From a virus (lineage: Duplodnaviria; Caudoviricetes): a stretch of 64,000 nt of DNA. Position numbers and translations under genes: made by a program. Below are positions 9,533 through 18,065 of this stretch, piece by piece. The stretch lies in the IMG/VR virus record IMGVR_UViG_3300033407_000006, positions 10,877-74,876 of that record. One strand, written 5' to 3'. Numbering within the stretch: the first letter of the stretch is position 1; each line of letters starts with the position of its first letter. Below the pieces are notes generated by a model. That model was not told where the DNA came from, did no database searches, and saw nothing but the letters and a program-made list of their open reading frames with translations.

Positions 9533-9826
9533 TTATTCCGACAGCGCCTTAATTCTTTCCCGCACAAACGTCAGCGGCGGCAGGATTATCTTCACGCCCG
9601 CCTCCATGGCCTCACGGGGGTCGTCCAGCCCTGCGGCAATTCGCACCGCCCAGGCCATGTCTTCGGTGCCGTAGTGGCGGTAGGCAATCAGCTCGGGGCG
9701 CAACACCTCATCGGGCTGGATTTCTCGTTCGCGCCAGCCCACGGCCCCGGCCCGGATCTCCCGGTAAAGAGTCGCCCGCTTCAGGTCGTCGGCAATGTTG
9801 TGGGGGGAGAGTCTCGACAGGGCCAT
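9533..9826 (-). CDS. Baseplate wedge protein (P1 gp26 / T4 gp53-like)
   Basis: RPELIAYRHYGTEDMAWAV...LDDP...G..I.LP, LysM-like pattern. Confidence 0.65.
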   Translation of the reverse strand: MALSRLSPHNIADDLKRATLYREIRAGAVGWREREIQPDEVLRPELIAYRHYGTEDMAWAVRIAAGLDDPREAMEAGVKIILPPLTFVRERIKALSE

Positions 9827-9828
9827 GG

Positions 9829-10032
9829 CTATTTCGCCTTTCCAGATGCGACGCGGGCACAGTAGCGGCCAAGAAGAAACAGGCACCAATAGAGAACTGT
9901 CACCGTCACAGCAAAGGGCCAAACCATCCATTCTGAAAGAAAAAATTTCCAGACGTATGCCGCGCCCCATGCCAAAGCGACACATGCGGCAATCACCGCC
10001 ATAAACCTGAAGAACGCTCCGTTTTCCGTCAC
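9829..10032 (-). CDS. Small membrane protein
   Basis: Two hydrophobic segments. Confidence 0.55.
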   Translation of the reverse strand: MTENGAFFRFMAVIAACVALAWGAAYVWKFFLSEWMVWPFAVTVTVLYWCLFLLGRYCARVASGKAK

Positions 10033-10683
10033 CTACTTGCTCCTTTCTTCTATGCCCGCAGCCAATGCGCGGGCCCGTTGTCTCTCGCCTTCTTCCAGCG
10101 CCCGCGCAAACGCGACAGCAGGGTGCAACTCTTCGTCGTCCGGCGTGTCCAGGTAGGTGCAAAACTCATCGATAAAGCGGCGGCTGACCGGCTCCTGCAT
10201 CGCGGCCACGGCGCACATGAGCACGGCGCGGAACCCGCCATTGAAGACGCTCCAGTTGACGTTGTAGACCGTGCGGCCCTTGTCGTCCTGGCGCTTCTCC
10301 ACCTTCGCGCCCTCGCCGCCGATACGGATCGCGTACTGCTGGCAGTCGGAGTGAAGGATCACGTTGTCCAGGTCCGAAAGGGCAAAGTACCAATCCAGTG
10401 CGTCATAGAAGTTGCTTTGGCCGCTGTCGCCTTCCTCTTCGAGCAGGTAGCGGGTGCCGTGGCGGGCGATATGATCAGTCCGCTCTTCGACGAGGACGGC
10501 GAACCCGGCGTCGCGCTTCTGTTTCACTTCGTCAATGAGGGGCTGCTTCCACGTCCCGAACATGCCGGTAATGGGGATCACGTCCGTCACCATGAGCTGT
10601 CCGGCGTCGTAGACGGCGTAGGCCTTGAACTTCTTCACGGACATCAGCGATACGGTCATGATTTTCAGGGTTTTTTCTGCCAC
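10033..10683 (-). CDS. Hypothetical protein
   Basis: 216-aa ORF with GAGG RBS, operon with gp26-like gene. Confidence 0.7.
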   Translation of the reverse strand: MAEKTLKIMTVSLMSVKKFKAYAVYDAGQLMVTDVIPITGMFGTWKQPLIDEVKQKRDAGFAVLVEERTDHIARHGTRYLLEEEGDSGQSNFYDALDWYFALSDLDNVILHSDCQQYAIRIGGEGAKVEKRQDDKGRTVYNVNWSVFNGGFRAVLMCAVAAMQEPVSRRFIDEFCTYLDTPDDEELHPAVAFARALEEGERQRARALAAGIEERSK

Positions 10684-10719
10684 CGGAAACCTCTTTTTTG
10701 CGGGTTAAAAAGCCGTGTT

Positions 10720-10739
10720 GGCGGGCTAAACTATGTTAT
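10720..10739 (+). repeat. Array head site GGCGGGCTAAACTATGTTAT (attI-like, copy 1)
   Basis: Identical 20-mer at 26005-26024, ends in a GTT core. Confidence 0.65.
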
Positions 10740-10942
10740 AAGTCGCTCGTCAATTTGAAGTTGAACGGCCTCTCCGGGGTGTAGTGCTCGCGGATTGAGC
10801 GGTCACGCTCTCGCAGTTGCTCAACGATCCAGGCCTCTGCGAACTTTTCCAGCGTCGGGTAAAAGGTTCGCGTTTTCGTGCTGTCGTTGCCGGTCACGAT
10901 ATAGCCGTTATCAATGCGCTCTATCTGTACGTCAATTTCCAT
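10736..10942 (-). CDS. Cassette ORF, hypothetical
   Basis: Stop TAA inside the GTTATAA core, GGAGG RBS. Confidence 0.7.
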   Translation of the reverse strand: MEIDVQIERIDNGYIVTGNDSTKTRTFYPTLEKFAEAWIVEQLRERDRSIREHYTPERPFNFKLTSDL

Positions 10943-10963
10943 CAGTACCTCCGTTTAGGCGAC

Positions 10964-11066
10964 TCATAACCCGTCGCTGAAGACGACGCGCAATAGCTGT
11001 CGGGTTCGCGTTCGATTCAGTGGTGCGCCGTCGTCGGCGCGGCGCGTCTTACCTTTGTCGTTATGC
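10964..11066 (+). repeat. attC site A1 (103 bp)
   Basis: TCATAAC-N5-GCTGAAGA...TCTTACC-N6-GTTATGC. Confidence 0.8.
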
Positions 11067-11279
11067 GCCAGCATCACCATCCATCAGTCCACAACCAATG
11101 GCGCAATCTTCACAGTGAGGGTTTCCATCACCATCCACAATAGAGTCCTCTTCGCAGTGGCCTGTCGGCTCCTCACATTTGCTGCAAAGCTGCAAAGTTC
11201 CAGGGTAGTTATCTGCGTTCCAATGGGCGTGCTCCTCTTGCGTCATTGCATGTCTGCGTCCGCCTGGCCATGTGTTCAT
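11061..11279 (-). CDS. Cassette ORF, Cys/His-rich
   Basis: CSKC...HC...HCEDC, stop TAA within R' of A1. Confidence 0.65.
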   Translation of the reverse strand: MNTWPGGRRHAMTQEEHAHWNADNYPGTLQLCSKCEEPTGHCEEDSIVDGDGNPHCEDCAIGCGLMDGDAGA

Positions 11280-11315
11280 GGTGTTTCTCCTGTCCGCAAG
11301 ATGTTTAGCTAATTG

Positions 11316-11654
11316 TTATGCGTACAAACATTCACGCCCAGCCATCTCTGCGGAAATCCAGTCTCCATCCATCGCATTTCCATTGATGGCCTTCTCCAGT
11401 TGCCGCAGCGTGTCCCGCAAGGATTTCTCTAAATCGTTTATCCGGTCTTGCTTTATGCTCACAGTACCCTTCAGCTTCACGTTCTCGTCCCGCAGGTCTT
11501 TCAGTTCTGCGGCTATCGTGTCCAAAAAACCAACTGGATCTGCACTTGCCAACAGATTACCGCCGCTTATCATGTCGGCGAGTCTTCCAAAAGCCGCGTC
11601 AATTCTCGCCAGTTTCCCTTTCATGCTTCCCATAGTTTCCTCCAAAATTCGCAT
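11316..11654 (-). CDS. Cassette ORF, coiled-coil hypothetical
   Basis: ATG inside R'' of A2, TAA inside orphan R' at 11315. Confidence 0.65.
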   Translation of the reverse strand: MRILEETMGSMKGKLARIDAAFGRLADMISGGNLLASADPVGFLDTIAAELKDLRDENVKLKGTVSIKQDRINDLEKSLRDTLRQLEKAINGNAMDGDWISAEMAGRECLYA

Positions 11655-11716
11655 AACCAGCGGGTCAACTCGGATTGCGCAAACTGCCGCGCAACCGGTT
11701 ACCCTTGTCGTTATAA
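11651..11716 (+). repeat. attC site A2 (66 bp)
   Basis: GCATAAC-N5-GGTCAACT...GGTTACC-N6-GTTATAA, extra C in L''. Confidence 0.85.
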
Positions 11717-11902
11717 ATCTTTGTGCGAAAGAGTGGCGGCACGTACGTACTCGCTTGGAGTAATTCCTGCCACCACAGCTTTGCGCTCTACCTCATCCCA
11801 CTCTTCAGCCGTCCAGCGGGTTTGCTTAACAACGTCCCGCACAGGTTTGCGGCTGGTCGATCCTTGCGGCCTGCCCCCGCCTCGCCATCCTCCTTTAGGC
11901 AT
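11711..11902 (-). CDS. Ribbon-helix-helix (MobC-like) DNA-binding protein
   Basis: GGWRGGGRP...RWTAEEW..VERKA..AGITPSEYVR. Confidence 0.7.
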   Translation of the reverse strand: MPKGGWRGGGRPQGSTSRKPVRDVVKQTRWTAEEWDEVERKAVVAGITPSEYVRAATLSHKDL

Positions 11903-12128
11903 GGTCGCCCTCCACAAATGAGCATGGTGCATAATCAAGAGGATCTCCACCGAGCATCCCCGGCTTTATGTTCCATCCACAGCGCCAGGGGTCAATCATA
12001 CTTGCCAGCTCCGAGCGCAGTGCGTTCTTTTGCAGGACAAAGCCGGTGAATCGCTGCCGGTATCTGCACCCCGCCGCACATTCGGGCGGGGTGCCGGTAT
12101 TCGTTGGGTCTGCCGGTAGTGGCCTCAT
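11895..12128 (-). CDS. Hypothetical protein
   Basis: ATGA-coupled to the upstream ORF within the promoter cassette. Confidence 0.5.
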   Translation of the reverse strand: MRPLPADPTNTGTPPECAAGCRYRQRFTGFVLQKNALRSELASMIDPWRCGWNIKPGMLGGDPLDYAPCSFVEGDHA

Positions 12129-12313
12129 ACCCACCCCCCAGTTTCTGGGTCATATGCTTGGCGGCCACAAAAAACCGGATCAGGGCTGTGCGAAACGCGC
12201 ACCAACGAAGCAGCACCAACAAGACGGGCAGACTCGAAGCGCAGGTACGCGAGGCCAGCAAGCGGGGTGGAATCAGCGAGGGTGCCATTGATGTGAATTT
12301 CATAAGTTTCCAT
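12125..12313 (-). CDS. Hypothetical protein
   Basis: AGGAG RBS downstream of a sigma70 promoter. Confidence 0.6.
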   Translation of the reverse strand: METYEIHINGTLADSTPLAGLAYLRFESARLVGAASLVRVSHSPDPVFCGRQAYDPETGGWV

Positions 12314-12344
12314 GTTTGTTCTCCTATGTCGTTAAGTTGATTTA

Positions 12345-12373
12345 AATATATTTCAACTTTGTTTTCTTGTCAA
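12345..12373 (-). promoter_or_regulatory. Cassette-internal sigma70 promoter TTGACA-N17-TATATT with overlapping inverted repeat
   Basis: AAGTTGA (12334-12340) / TCAACTT (12352-12358) flank the -10. Confidence 0.75.
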
Positions 12374-12425
12374 TACAAAAAAACAACTAAACTATTAATT
12401 TGCCACGGAAGAGACGCCCAAAGAT

Positions 12426-12483
12426 TTATAACAAGTCAATCAACCGGATTCGCTACGCTCTCCGGTTATTTCAGTCGTTAGAT
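12426..12483 (+). repeat. attC site A3 (58 bp)
   Basis: TTATAAC-N5-AATCAACC-GGATTCGCTACGCTCTCC-GGTTATT-N6-GTTAGAT, textbook architecture. Confidence 0.92.
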
Positions 12484-12500
12484 TCTAAATCTGCGCAAAA

Positions 12501-13295
12501 TCAGACAAAGCACATGCCGCTCGAACAGTATCCGCCCGCATCGAATAGGGTCGGTTCTGCGGTAAAGTCCACCTGGTCCAGCGGTGTGCATGATCGGTGC
12601 AGCCAGGCGCACGGGTCGAACGCCTGCATTTCCCTCTCGAACGCCACCGCTTGAGCAAATTCGTCCGGTGCGTTCTCCTTCAGGTCTTTCCATTCGTCGT
12701 CGGCTTGGTTCGGGCACATCCAGCAACGCGACCTGGGCGGCTTCGGCCACCCCATCTTCTCGACTTCGCGGATTCCGTGGTGCCTCTTCATCGGCACATC
12801 GTGAATCATCGGAAACCGGATAAGCCCTTTTTCCCATTCCGGCCCCGCCATCATTCGCAAAGCCCGGCGCGTTTCGTCCATGCTGAATCCGATCCACATT
12901 TTCACCTTTGAGCGGGTCAAACCGAATGTCTTGCTCAAAAAACTCTGAATGACTCGGTTTTTCCATTTGCTTGAACAAAACCCCGGCATCTTGCCGACGT
13001 TCCCGGTCTCGTCTGTCCATGTTGGCAAAATCATGGTCTTCCCGCTCGGGTCAAGCCAGTTCGGATCTTTTGCATAATGACCGCCCCACTCATCGCAGCA
13101 CACACGATGAATTTCTACCCCTACCCCTGCCAGTGCAGGCAACGTAACGGCGTTAAGGTATTGCCACGTTGTCCCGCATTCCCGACCAGTGTCGGCAATC
13201 ACCGCAAGATCCGGCTTCGGCAGCTTTCCTTGAATTATCAGCGAAGCGATACAGTTGCTTTGCGTCCCGCCTCCGCTGCTAAAAACCTCAACCAT
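12501..13295 (-). CDS. Cassette ORF: PP-loop adenine-nucleotide alpha-hydrolase (PAPS reductase/DndC-like) family protein
   Basis: SSGGGTQS PP-loop, ADTGRE, CSSKWK, RSRCWMCP, terminal CSSGMCFV. Confidence 0.7.
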   Translation of the reverse strand: MVEVFSSGGGTQSNCIASLIIQGKLPKPDLAVIADTGRECGTTWQYLNAVTLPALAGVGVEIHRVCCDEWGGHYAKDPNWLDPSGKTMILPTWTDETGNVGKMPGFCSSKWKNRVIQSFLSKTFGLTRSKVKMWIGFSMDETRRALRMMAGPEWEKGLIRFPMIHDVPMKRHHGIREVEKMGWPKPPRSRCWMCPNQADDEWKDLKENAPDEFAQAVAFEREMQAFDPCAWLHRSCTPLDQVDFTAEPTLFDAGGYCSSGMCFV

Positions 13296-13334
13296 TTAAC
13301 CCCCTATCGGGCTGCGCCCGAGCGCAGATTTAGA

Positions 13335-13392
13335 ACCTAACCCAGCGGTGAAGCGGATTCGCTCCGCTCTCCGCTTACCTCAATCGTTACCT
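13335..13392 (+). repeat. attC site A4 (58 bp)
   Basis: ACCTAAC-N5-GGTGAAGC-GGATTCGCTCCGCTCTCC-GCTTACC-N6-GTTACCT. Confidence 0.88.
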
Positions 13393-13537
13393 TGCAAGTT
13401 CTACATTTCATAGTTGCCTCCAACGCCTCAGACCCCGGCGCACAGGGCTGCCGCCAGGGTCGCCGCTGTCCACCTCAATGGCGATCTGGTCGTAGCTGGG
13501 CCGTATCCCCGCCGCCGCCTCGCCTGGGCTGTCAATT

Positions 13538-13867
13538 TCAAAGATGATTTTCTTCATAGACCTCTCCCTCGTTCAGCTCTTTTGCCATGCCGAGCGGCCA
13601 CCAGCGGGATATACAGCCGGGGCTCCGCATTGAAATGACCATCTCGGACGCTTCGAGCTTATTTAGAAGCCTGCGCGTGTTCTCAATGCTTTTCCCGGCA
13701 ACTTCGGCGATGCTGACGGTCAACGGCCCAATATCAACGGCCACGGCGTCGCCTTTTGAAACGTAGTAGTTCATGCAAAAACTGCTTTTAGCCACATGAG
13801 TCCGGCAGCAGGCTTTGAGCGCTTCGAGAACTTTTTCTGCTTCGGCGGAAATGACTCTGTTTTTCAT
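13538..13867 (-). CDS. Hypothetical, possible winged-HTH protein
   Basis: 109 aa, GGAGGGAG RBS, LTVSIAEVAGKSIENTRRLLNKL. Confidence 0.6.
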   Translation of the reverse strand: MKNRVISAEAEKVLEALKACCRTHVAKSSFCMNYYVSKGDAVAVDIGPLTVSIAEVAGKSIENTRRLLNKLEASEMVISMRSPGCISRWWPLGMAKELNEGEVYEENHL

Positions 13868-13890
13868 GGCTCCCTCCCTTCTATGCCTTC

Positions 13891-13922
13891 AGTATCGCAA
13901 AAGGAATTTATCAACCCATTCA
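13891..13922 (-). promoter_or_regulatory. Repeated promoter/operator element, copy 2
   Basis: TGAATGGGTTGATAAATTC-CTTTTGC-GATACT. Confidence 0.65.
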
Positions 13923-13926
13923 CTAT

Positions 13927-16407
13927 TCAATCGTTCCCTGCCAAAATCTTTTTGGCCCGCTCCAGCGCCTCGTTTCTCTCCCGGTCGCTGGCCTCTTCAA
14001 CCGGCGTGTAATCGACCAAGTAGAAGAAGCAAACGGTATCGAAAAGGTCCGGGGATTTGATGCCCTGCGAGGCCATTTGATCCTTGGGAAGGATGGAGTA
14101 GCGGCCCTTTTCGTCCATCTTGTAAGGGATTTTGCTGCCCTGCTCCACGATCTTCTTGTTGCGGGGGATATGAATGCGCTGCTGCCTTAAGGCCTCCCTG
14201 GCCTGATACGAGGCGTAGGCCCGCAGGTTCTTGTATCGGCGCTTGTCGGTCTCCGAAAACGGCGGAAGGCCCCAATGGATTGTTTCGCACGGAACGCCCA
14301 GCTCTTCGAGCGTCAGGATGACGGTGCGACCCGGCCCGTCGCCGTCGATTGCAACGGTGATGTTGGGGAAGTCTTGAACCCGCTGATAGATCTCTCGGGC
14401 AAAGGCCAATTCGTCCTTGTCCAGGTATTCGACCGTCTCCACGATATCGACCTTGCGATCCGGGCCGTAGCCGCTCACTTTGGCGATGGACCAAACGGAC
14501 GAATCCCGGAACTTCCCTTCAGCAACGTCTGCGGTCAGAATCCAGCCCCAGGCCTCTTTGTGCTCAATCTGATTGGTCTGCGCATCCTCAAGCCATGATT
14601 TCGGAATGAGAAAGCCGCTCATGTTGTCGGGTAGCCGCCCCAGAACCTTGATCTGGTACTCAGGGCTGTGGTGCCCGCCGTACTCAATCAGCTTCATTTC
14701 GATGAATTCGCGGGTGACAAGCGGACTTTCTTCGGAGTTGAGATTCAACGTCTTGTAAAGACTGGAGTTTTGCCCCCACGCGTCGGCAAAGTGACCGTTT
14801 GCCCGCGTCGGCTGCGAGACCATGATATATCGGTTTCCGGCTTGGGTCAGGGCGCCGCGCAAAACGCCGTGAATGACATCATCCACGCCCGAGGCCTCAT
14901 CCACCACGCACAGGTAATTTTCGTTGTGCTGGCCCGCCAGTGATTCCGGCTTGGACTTCGAGGCGGTACGGGGGATGACGTACCACGAATCTTTCCAGTG
15001 CTTGTTGAAGTACCGCTTTGTTTCCTTGACGAAGTGGCCCCGCTGGTAAGGGTTGATAGCCTCCACGTCGGCGATGACCTCATCCATGTACTTCCATACG
15101 CCCGTGCGGCACTGGTCGATGCTGTTTGCGGTCAATAGGGCGTTGCTCAAGGGGTAAACGCGAAGATGCCAATCGAAGAGCCAAGCGAGCAGAAAGGTCT
15201 TGCCGGTATTATGAAGAACGGTGAAGTCTCCACCAAGAAATTTGCTGTTTCCGTCGAGGATGAAGCCGTAATAGTCACCTTCGCCTAGTGGAGCGCAGCT
15301 TCTTATCCCGAAATTAAGGTTGGGCCGGTTCTTGTTTCTATCTATCGGTTTCCTTCTTTCTACTCGGACAGGTATCTTGTCGATATTTCTGCCTATGTTG
15401 ATCCGCCAATAATCTCCCACCGCTCCGGTGTTGCAGCATTTTTTTCGAGTCTTATTAACTGTAGCATGACAACCAATCGATTTAGCCAGCCACACAATAT
15501 CTCTTGCGAATCTTTCGCTCTTTTGAACAACGTCGAATGCTGTGCCCGCGCTTGCTAAAAACCCATCAGTATCAATAATGCCAGCCAAAAGCTCTAGCCT
15601 GTCTTGGTATGGCGCAAGCAAGTATTTTTTAGGTATGTGCAGTTCATCTGTTAAACCATGTGCTCGAAGAGTTTCGATGAATGGATTGGCCCTCCCTTTT
15701 CCTATCCCAATGTGCCACATCCTGGCTTTGCCGCTCGCCCCCCAATAGGTAAGCCTGTAGCCCTTAGAAACTGCATACCGGCCCCATGCCTCGCTTACTT
15801 CTCTATCTGGTGTCGTTATCGTTGGCGTGTGAATATGTCCATCTCCTAGCCAGAGTCCGAGTATATATGCCGGGATCGGTAGCTCTTCGGGCTCCCAGCC
15901 GAAATCATTTACACTCGCCCTGTAGACAGCATGGCAACGCTTTCTATCGGCTCCCCATTGCAGCCAATCCCTAACCGTCACCTCAGTTTTCTCTCCAGAC
16001 TCTCTGCGGCCTTTTGAGTTTGTTGCGACAAGGCAAAGGATATGACTTTCGTTGAAGACGTGGCTAGACCCGTCGTTGTAGGTGAAGCGATACAGCGCCT
16101 CCCGGCCACGTTTTAGCGCCAAGACGTTTCGCGGCGTACCGTCATCGCCCATAAGGATGTCGCCCACATTCACGCTCTCAACCGGCTTTATCTCGCCGCT
16201 ATGCAGCATGATTTCGGTTCCAAGGCCGAAGCAGCCGTGCCCGGACGCTACCGCAACCTGGGCCCCGTGCTCCTGCGCCAAGCGAATGAAATCCTCCTGC
16301 TGCCAGGACATCCGCTGTCGACAATGGTGATCGACGTAATCCATGAGGTTGTTACGGTAGCGGGCGCAGAAATCGATGTAATCGGGATTGGAAAAGAGGG
16401 TGCTCAT
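13927..16407 (-). CDS. terL: Terminase large subunit (P1 PacB-like) with intein
   Basis: SGHG|TGKT Walker A split by the intein, VVDEASGV Walker B, TADVA nuclease motif. True start ATG 16407 is coupled to the upstream stop. About 484 aa after splicing. Confidence 0.93.
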   Translation of the reverse strand: MSTLFSNPDYIDFCARYRNNLMDYVDHHCRQRMSWQQEDFIRLAQEHGAQVAVASGHGCFGLGTEIMLHSGEIKPVESVNVGDILMGDDGTPRNVLALKRGREALYRFTYNDGSSHVFNESHILCLVATNSKGRRESGEKTEVTVRDWLQWGADRKRCHAVYRASVNDFGWEPEELPIPAYILGLWLGDGHIHTPTITTPDREVSEAWGRYAVSKGYRLTYWGASGKARMWHIGIGKGRANPFIETLRAHGLTDELHIPKKYLLAPYQDRLELLAGIIDTDGFLASAGTAFDVVQKSERFARDIVWLAKSIGCHATVNKTRKKCCNTGAVGDYWRINIGRNIDKIPVRVERRKPIDRNKNRPNLNFGIRSCAPLGEGDYYGFILDGNSKFLGGDFTVLHNTGKTFLLAWLFDWHLRVYPLSNALLTANSIDQCRTGVWKYMDEVIADVEAINPYQRGHFVKETKRYFNKHWKDSWYVIPRTASKSKPESLAGQHNENYLCVVDEASGVDDVIHGVLRGALTQAGNRYIMVSQPTRANGHFADAWGQNSSLYKTLNLNSEESPLVTREFIEMKLIEYGGHHSPEYQIKVLGRLPDNMSGFLIPKSWLEDAQTNQIEHKEAWGWILTADVAEGKFRDSSVWSIAKVSGYGPDRKVDIVETVEYLDKDELAFAREIYQRVQDFPNITVAIDGDGPGRTVILTLEELGVPCETIHWGLPPFSETDKRRYKNLRAYASYQAREALRQQRIHIPRNKKIVEQGSKIPYKMDEKGRYSILPKDQMASQGIKSPDLFDTVCFFYLVDYTPVEEASDRERNEALERAKKILAGND
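15208..16233 (-). mobile_element. Intein with LAGLIDADG homing endonuclease (342 aa)
   Basis: Starts CFGLGTEI, ends VLHN followed by T. LLAGIIDTDG motif. Lower GC than flanks. Confidence 0.93.
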
Positions 16408-16691
16408 AGATGCAGCCAAGGCTTTGCGGCGATATCGGGGATCAACTCCAGAAGCTCCCCTTCGGTTGCGATTGAAGCCTCGAACGATTCTCTTCCGGCA
16501 TGGACGGCAACGCCCCGGCCCCCTTGCCGGTGATGTGCCGGGCAAAGGGGGATTCTCGGGGCGTTGCCGCGCTTTGAGCCACCGCGCCGGATATGGTGAA
16601 TTTCAGCCGGTGACGTGCCGTAGCCGAGGCGGTGACAGGCCATGCAGCCGAACGAGGCGAGTTGCGAATCGGTGAAGTCTGTGTCGGTCAT
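16404..16691 (-). CDS. Ref-like HNH nuclease
   Basis: GCMAC...EIHH...IPLCPAHH...VHAG, like the C-terminal domain of P1 Ref. Confidence 0.75.
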   Translation of the reverse strand: MTDTDFTDSQLASFGCMACHRLGYGTSPAEIHHIRRGGSKRGNAPRIPLCPAHHRQGGRGVAVHAGRESFEASIATEGELLELIPDIAAKPWLHL

Positions 16692-17320
16692 GTCGCGGCG
16701 GGAATATCTGCCAGGGCGAAGACGATCCCCCGGCAGAATTGTTCATCCTCTTCCACGATGATAAAAGTTTTGTGAGGGATATCGGTCTCGAATTCCCAAA
16801 AGGGATCACCCAGGTCGTTCCAGATAGCCTTGATCTTGGCCGCTTCTTCTTTCTGGCGGGAATACTGGCGGCACTCAGGGTTATGGCACTCGTTTCTGAG
16901 CAAGCCCTTGTCGGTCACAAAGATTTCGGTGCCGTTGTAGGCGTCAACTTCGTCATCGATTGCTCCAAGGAGCCGGACAAGATCGTCGCTGTCGCCATGG
17001 ACGATGACGATCCCGGCCTGCTTGGCCGCATCGATAATGAATTGCGGAACCATGTCGCGCCCGTATTCTGCGCCATAAAGATATCCTGCGATTTCCGTTG
17101 TGGTCATTGAATCCCCCCCCGCCCCGTAAGGCGCTCCGAGTTTGGAAGCAGCGGCATCCATCCTGCGCAGGTGCGTTTGCTGTTTTTTTTGCAGTTGGTT
17201 TATCACGCCAGAAGTGCCCTTGACCCGCTCAAGCAATTCTATGGCGGCATGGGTCAATTCGAAATCTGTGTGTGCGCGTTGGAATTCAATGAGATGCTTT
17301 CTTCGCGTCTTAGCGTCCAT
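16688..17320 (-). CDS. Hypothetical phage protein, possibly two fused ORFs (internal start 17107)
   Basis: G-rich RBS before internal MTTTE. C-terminal half has the GDSDDL...DE...FCRGIVF pattern. Confidence 0.65.
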   Translation of the reverse strand: MDAKTRRKHLIEFQRAHTDFELTHAAIELLERVKGTSGVINQLQKKQQTHLRRMDAAASKLGAPYGAGGDSMTTTEIAGYLYGAEYGRDMVPQFIIDAAKQAGIVIVHGDSDDLVRLLGAIDDEVDAYNGTEIFVTDKGLLRNECHNPECRQYSRQKEEAAKIKAIWNDLGDPFWEFETDIPHKTFIIVEEDEQFCRGIVFALADIPAAT

Positions 17321-17329
17321 CGTCTCCTC

Positions 17330-17617
17330 CTAGATTTTCCGTTTCAACTCAATATCGAGAAGCCCCTTTTGATAGGCCTCCCGGATCTGTGCCGTCACCT
17401 CCTCGCGGCCCATTTCGACCGCAGAGACCCATGACGGTGTTGTTCCCATAGCCTTTGCCAGCTCCCGGACGGTCACATCCTCGGCTTCCCGCAACTTCGC
17501 CAGGACTTTGCCGTCGCTGTAATGCGGGCCGCGAGATATGGGCAGTTGCCCATACTTTTGCTCATATTGCTCATGGGTGAGGAATTCGTGCTTTCCGTCT
17601 TTGTTGACGTGGGTCAT
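17330..17617 (-). CDS. XRE-family HTH protein
   Basis: LREAEDVTVRELAKAMGTTPSWVSAVEMG. Confidence 0.75.
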   Translation of the reverse strand: MTHVNKDGKHEFLTHEQYEQKYGQLPISRGPHYSDGKVLAKLREAEDVTVRELAKAMGTTPSWVSAVEMGREEVTAQIREAYQKGLLDIELKRKI

Positions 17618-17746
17618 GACCTCACCTCCATCAGCTTGCCGCAGCACTTCGGCGCTGTGCTGTCCTGAAAATACGGTATCCACGCCTTGCGAGTGCCGCA
17701 CTTGGGACATTCGTACTCCTTGGGGCCGGTCAGGATTCCCACTTTC

Positions 17747-18022
17747 CTACTCATGGCTGGCCTGCGGCTGGTCCGTGCCGCCCTCTTCATGGCGCAAGAC
17801 CTCTTCGGCCCGCGCCATGAAGTCGGCCATCATCTCCATGGTTTGCCGTGCCAGCCTGGGGTCTACGGGCAGTTGCACCCGGATCACCTTCTCACTCGCA
17901 AGGTTGTGGATAAGCGCCTGCCGTCTCATTCCTGCGGCAACGCCGACGTTGTAGGCCGTCACCACAAGGCCGATCAGGGCCACTACTGGAACTACCCAAG
18001 GTAAACAATTCATGGTCTTCAT
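17747..18022 (-). CDS. Membrane-anchored hypothetical protein
   Basis: N-terminal hydrophobic helix. Confidence 0.55.
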   Translation of the reverse strand: MKTMNCLPWVVPVVALIGLVVTAYNVGVAAGMRRQALIHNLASEKVIRVQLPVDPRLARQTMEMMADFMARAEEVLRHEEGGTDQPQASHE

Positions 18023-18065
18023 CACTTCCCCTTGTCTGAATGCGTCTCGAACCGTGCCGGAATAC

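Larger units (their letters stand above)
10720..13392 (+). mobile_element. Integron-like cassette array A (4 attC plus 2 half-sites, no intI)
   Basis: attC at 10964, 11651, 12426 and 13335, with R'/R'' complementarity across cassettes. Confidence 0.85.

Noticed and set aside
13400-13550. Possible frameshifted small gene (MKKIIFEID... / ...IEVDSGDPGG)
   Set aside because: Too short to support without a homology search, and it could be a sequencing error.
13927-16545. ORF-track start of the terminase at 16545
   Set aside because: The extension overlaps the Ref-like gene. ATG 16407 forms an ATGA coupling and gives a PacB-sized protein.
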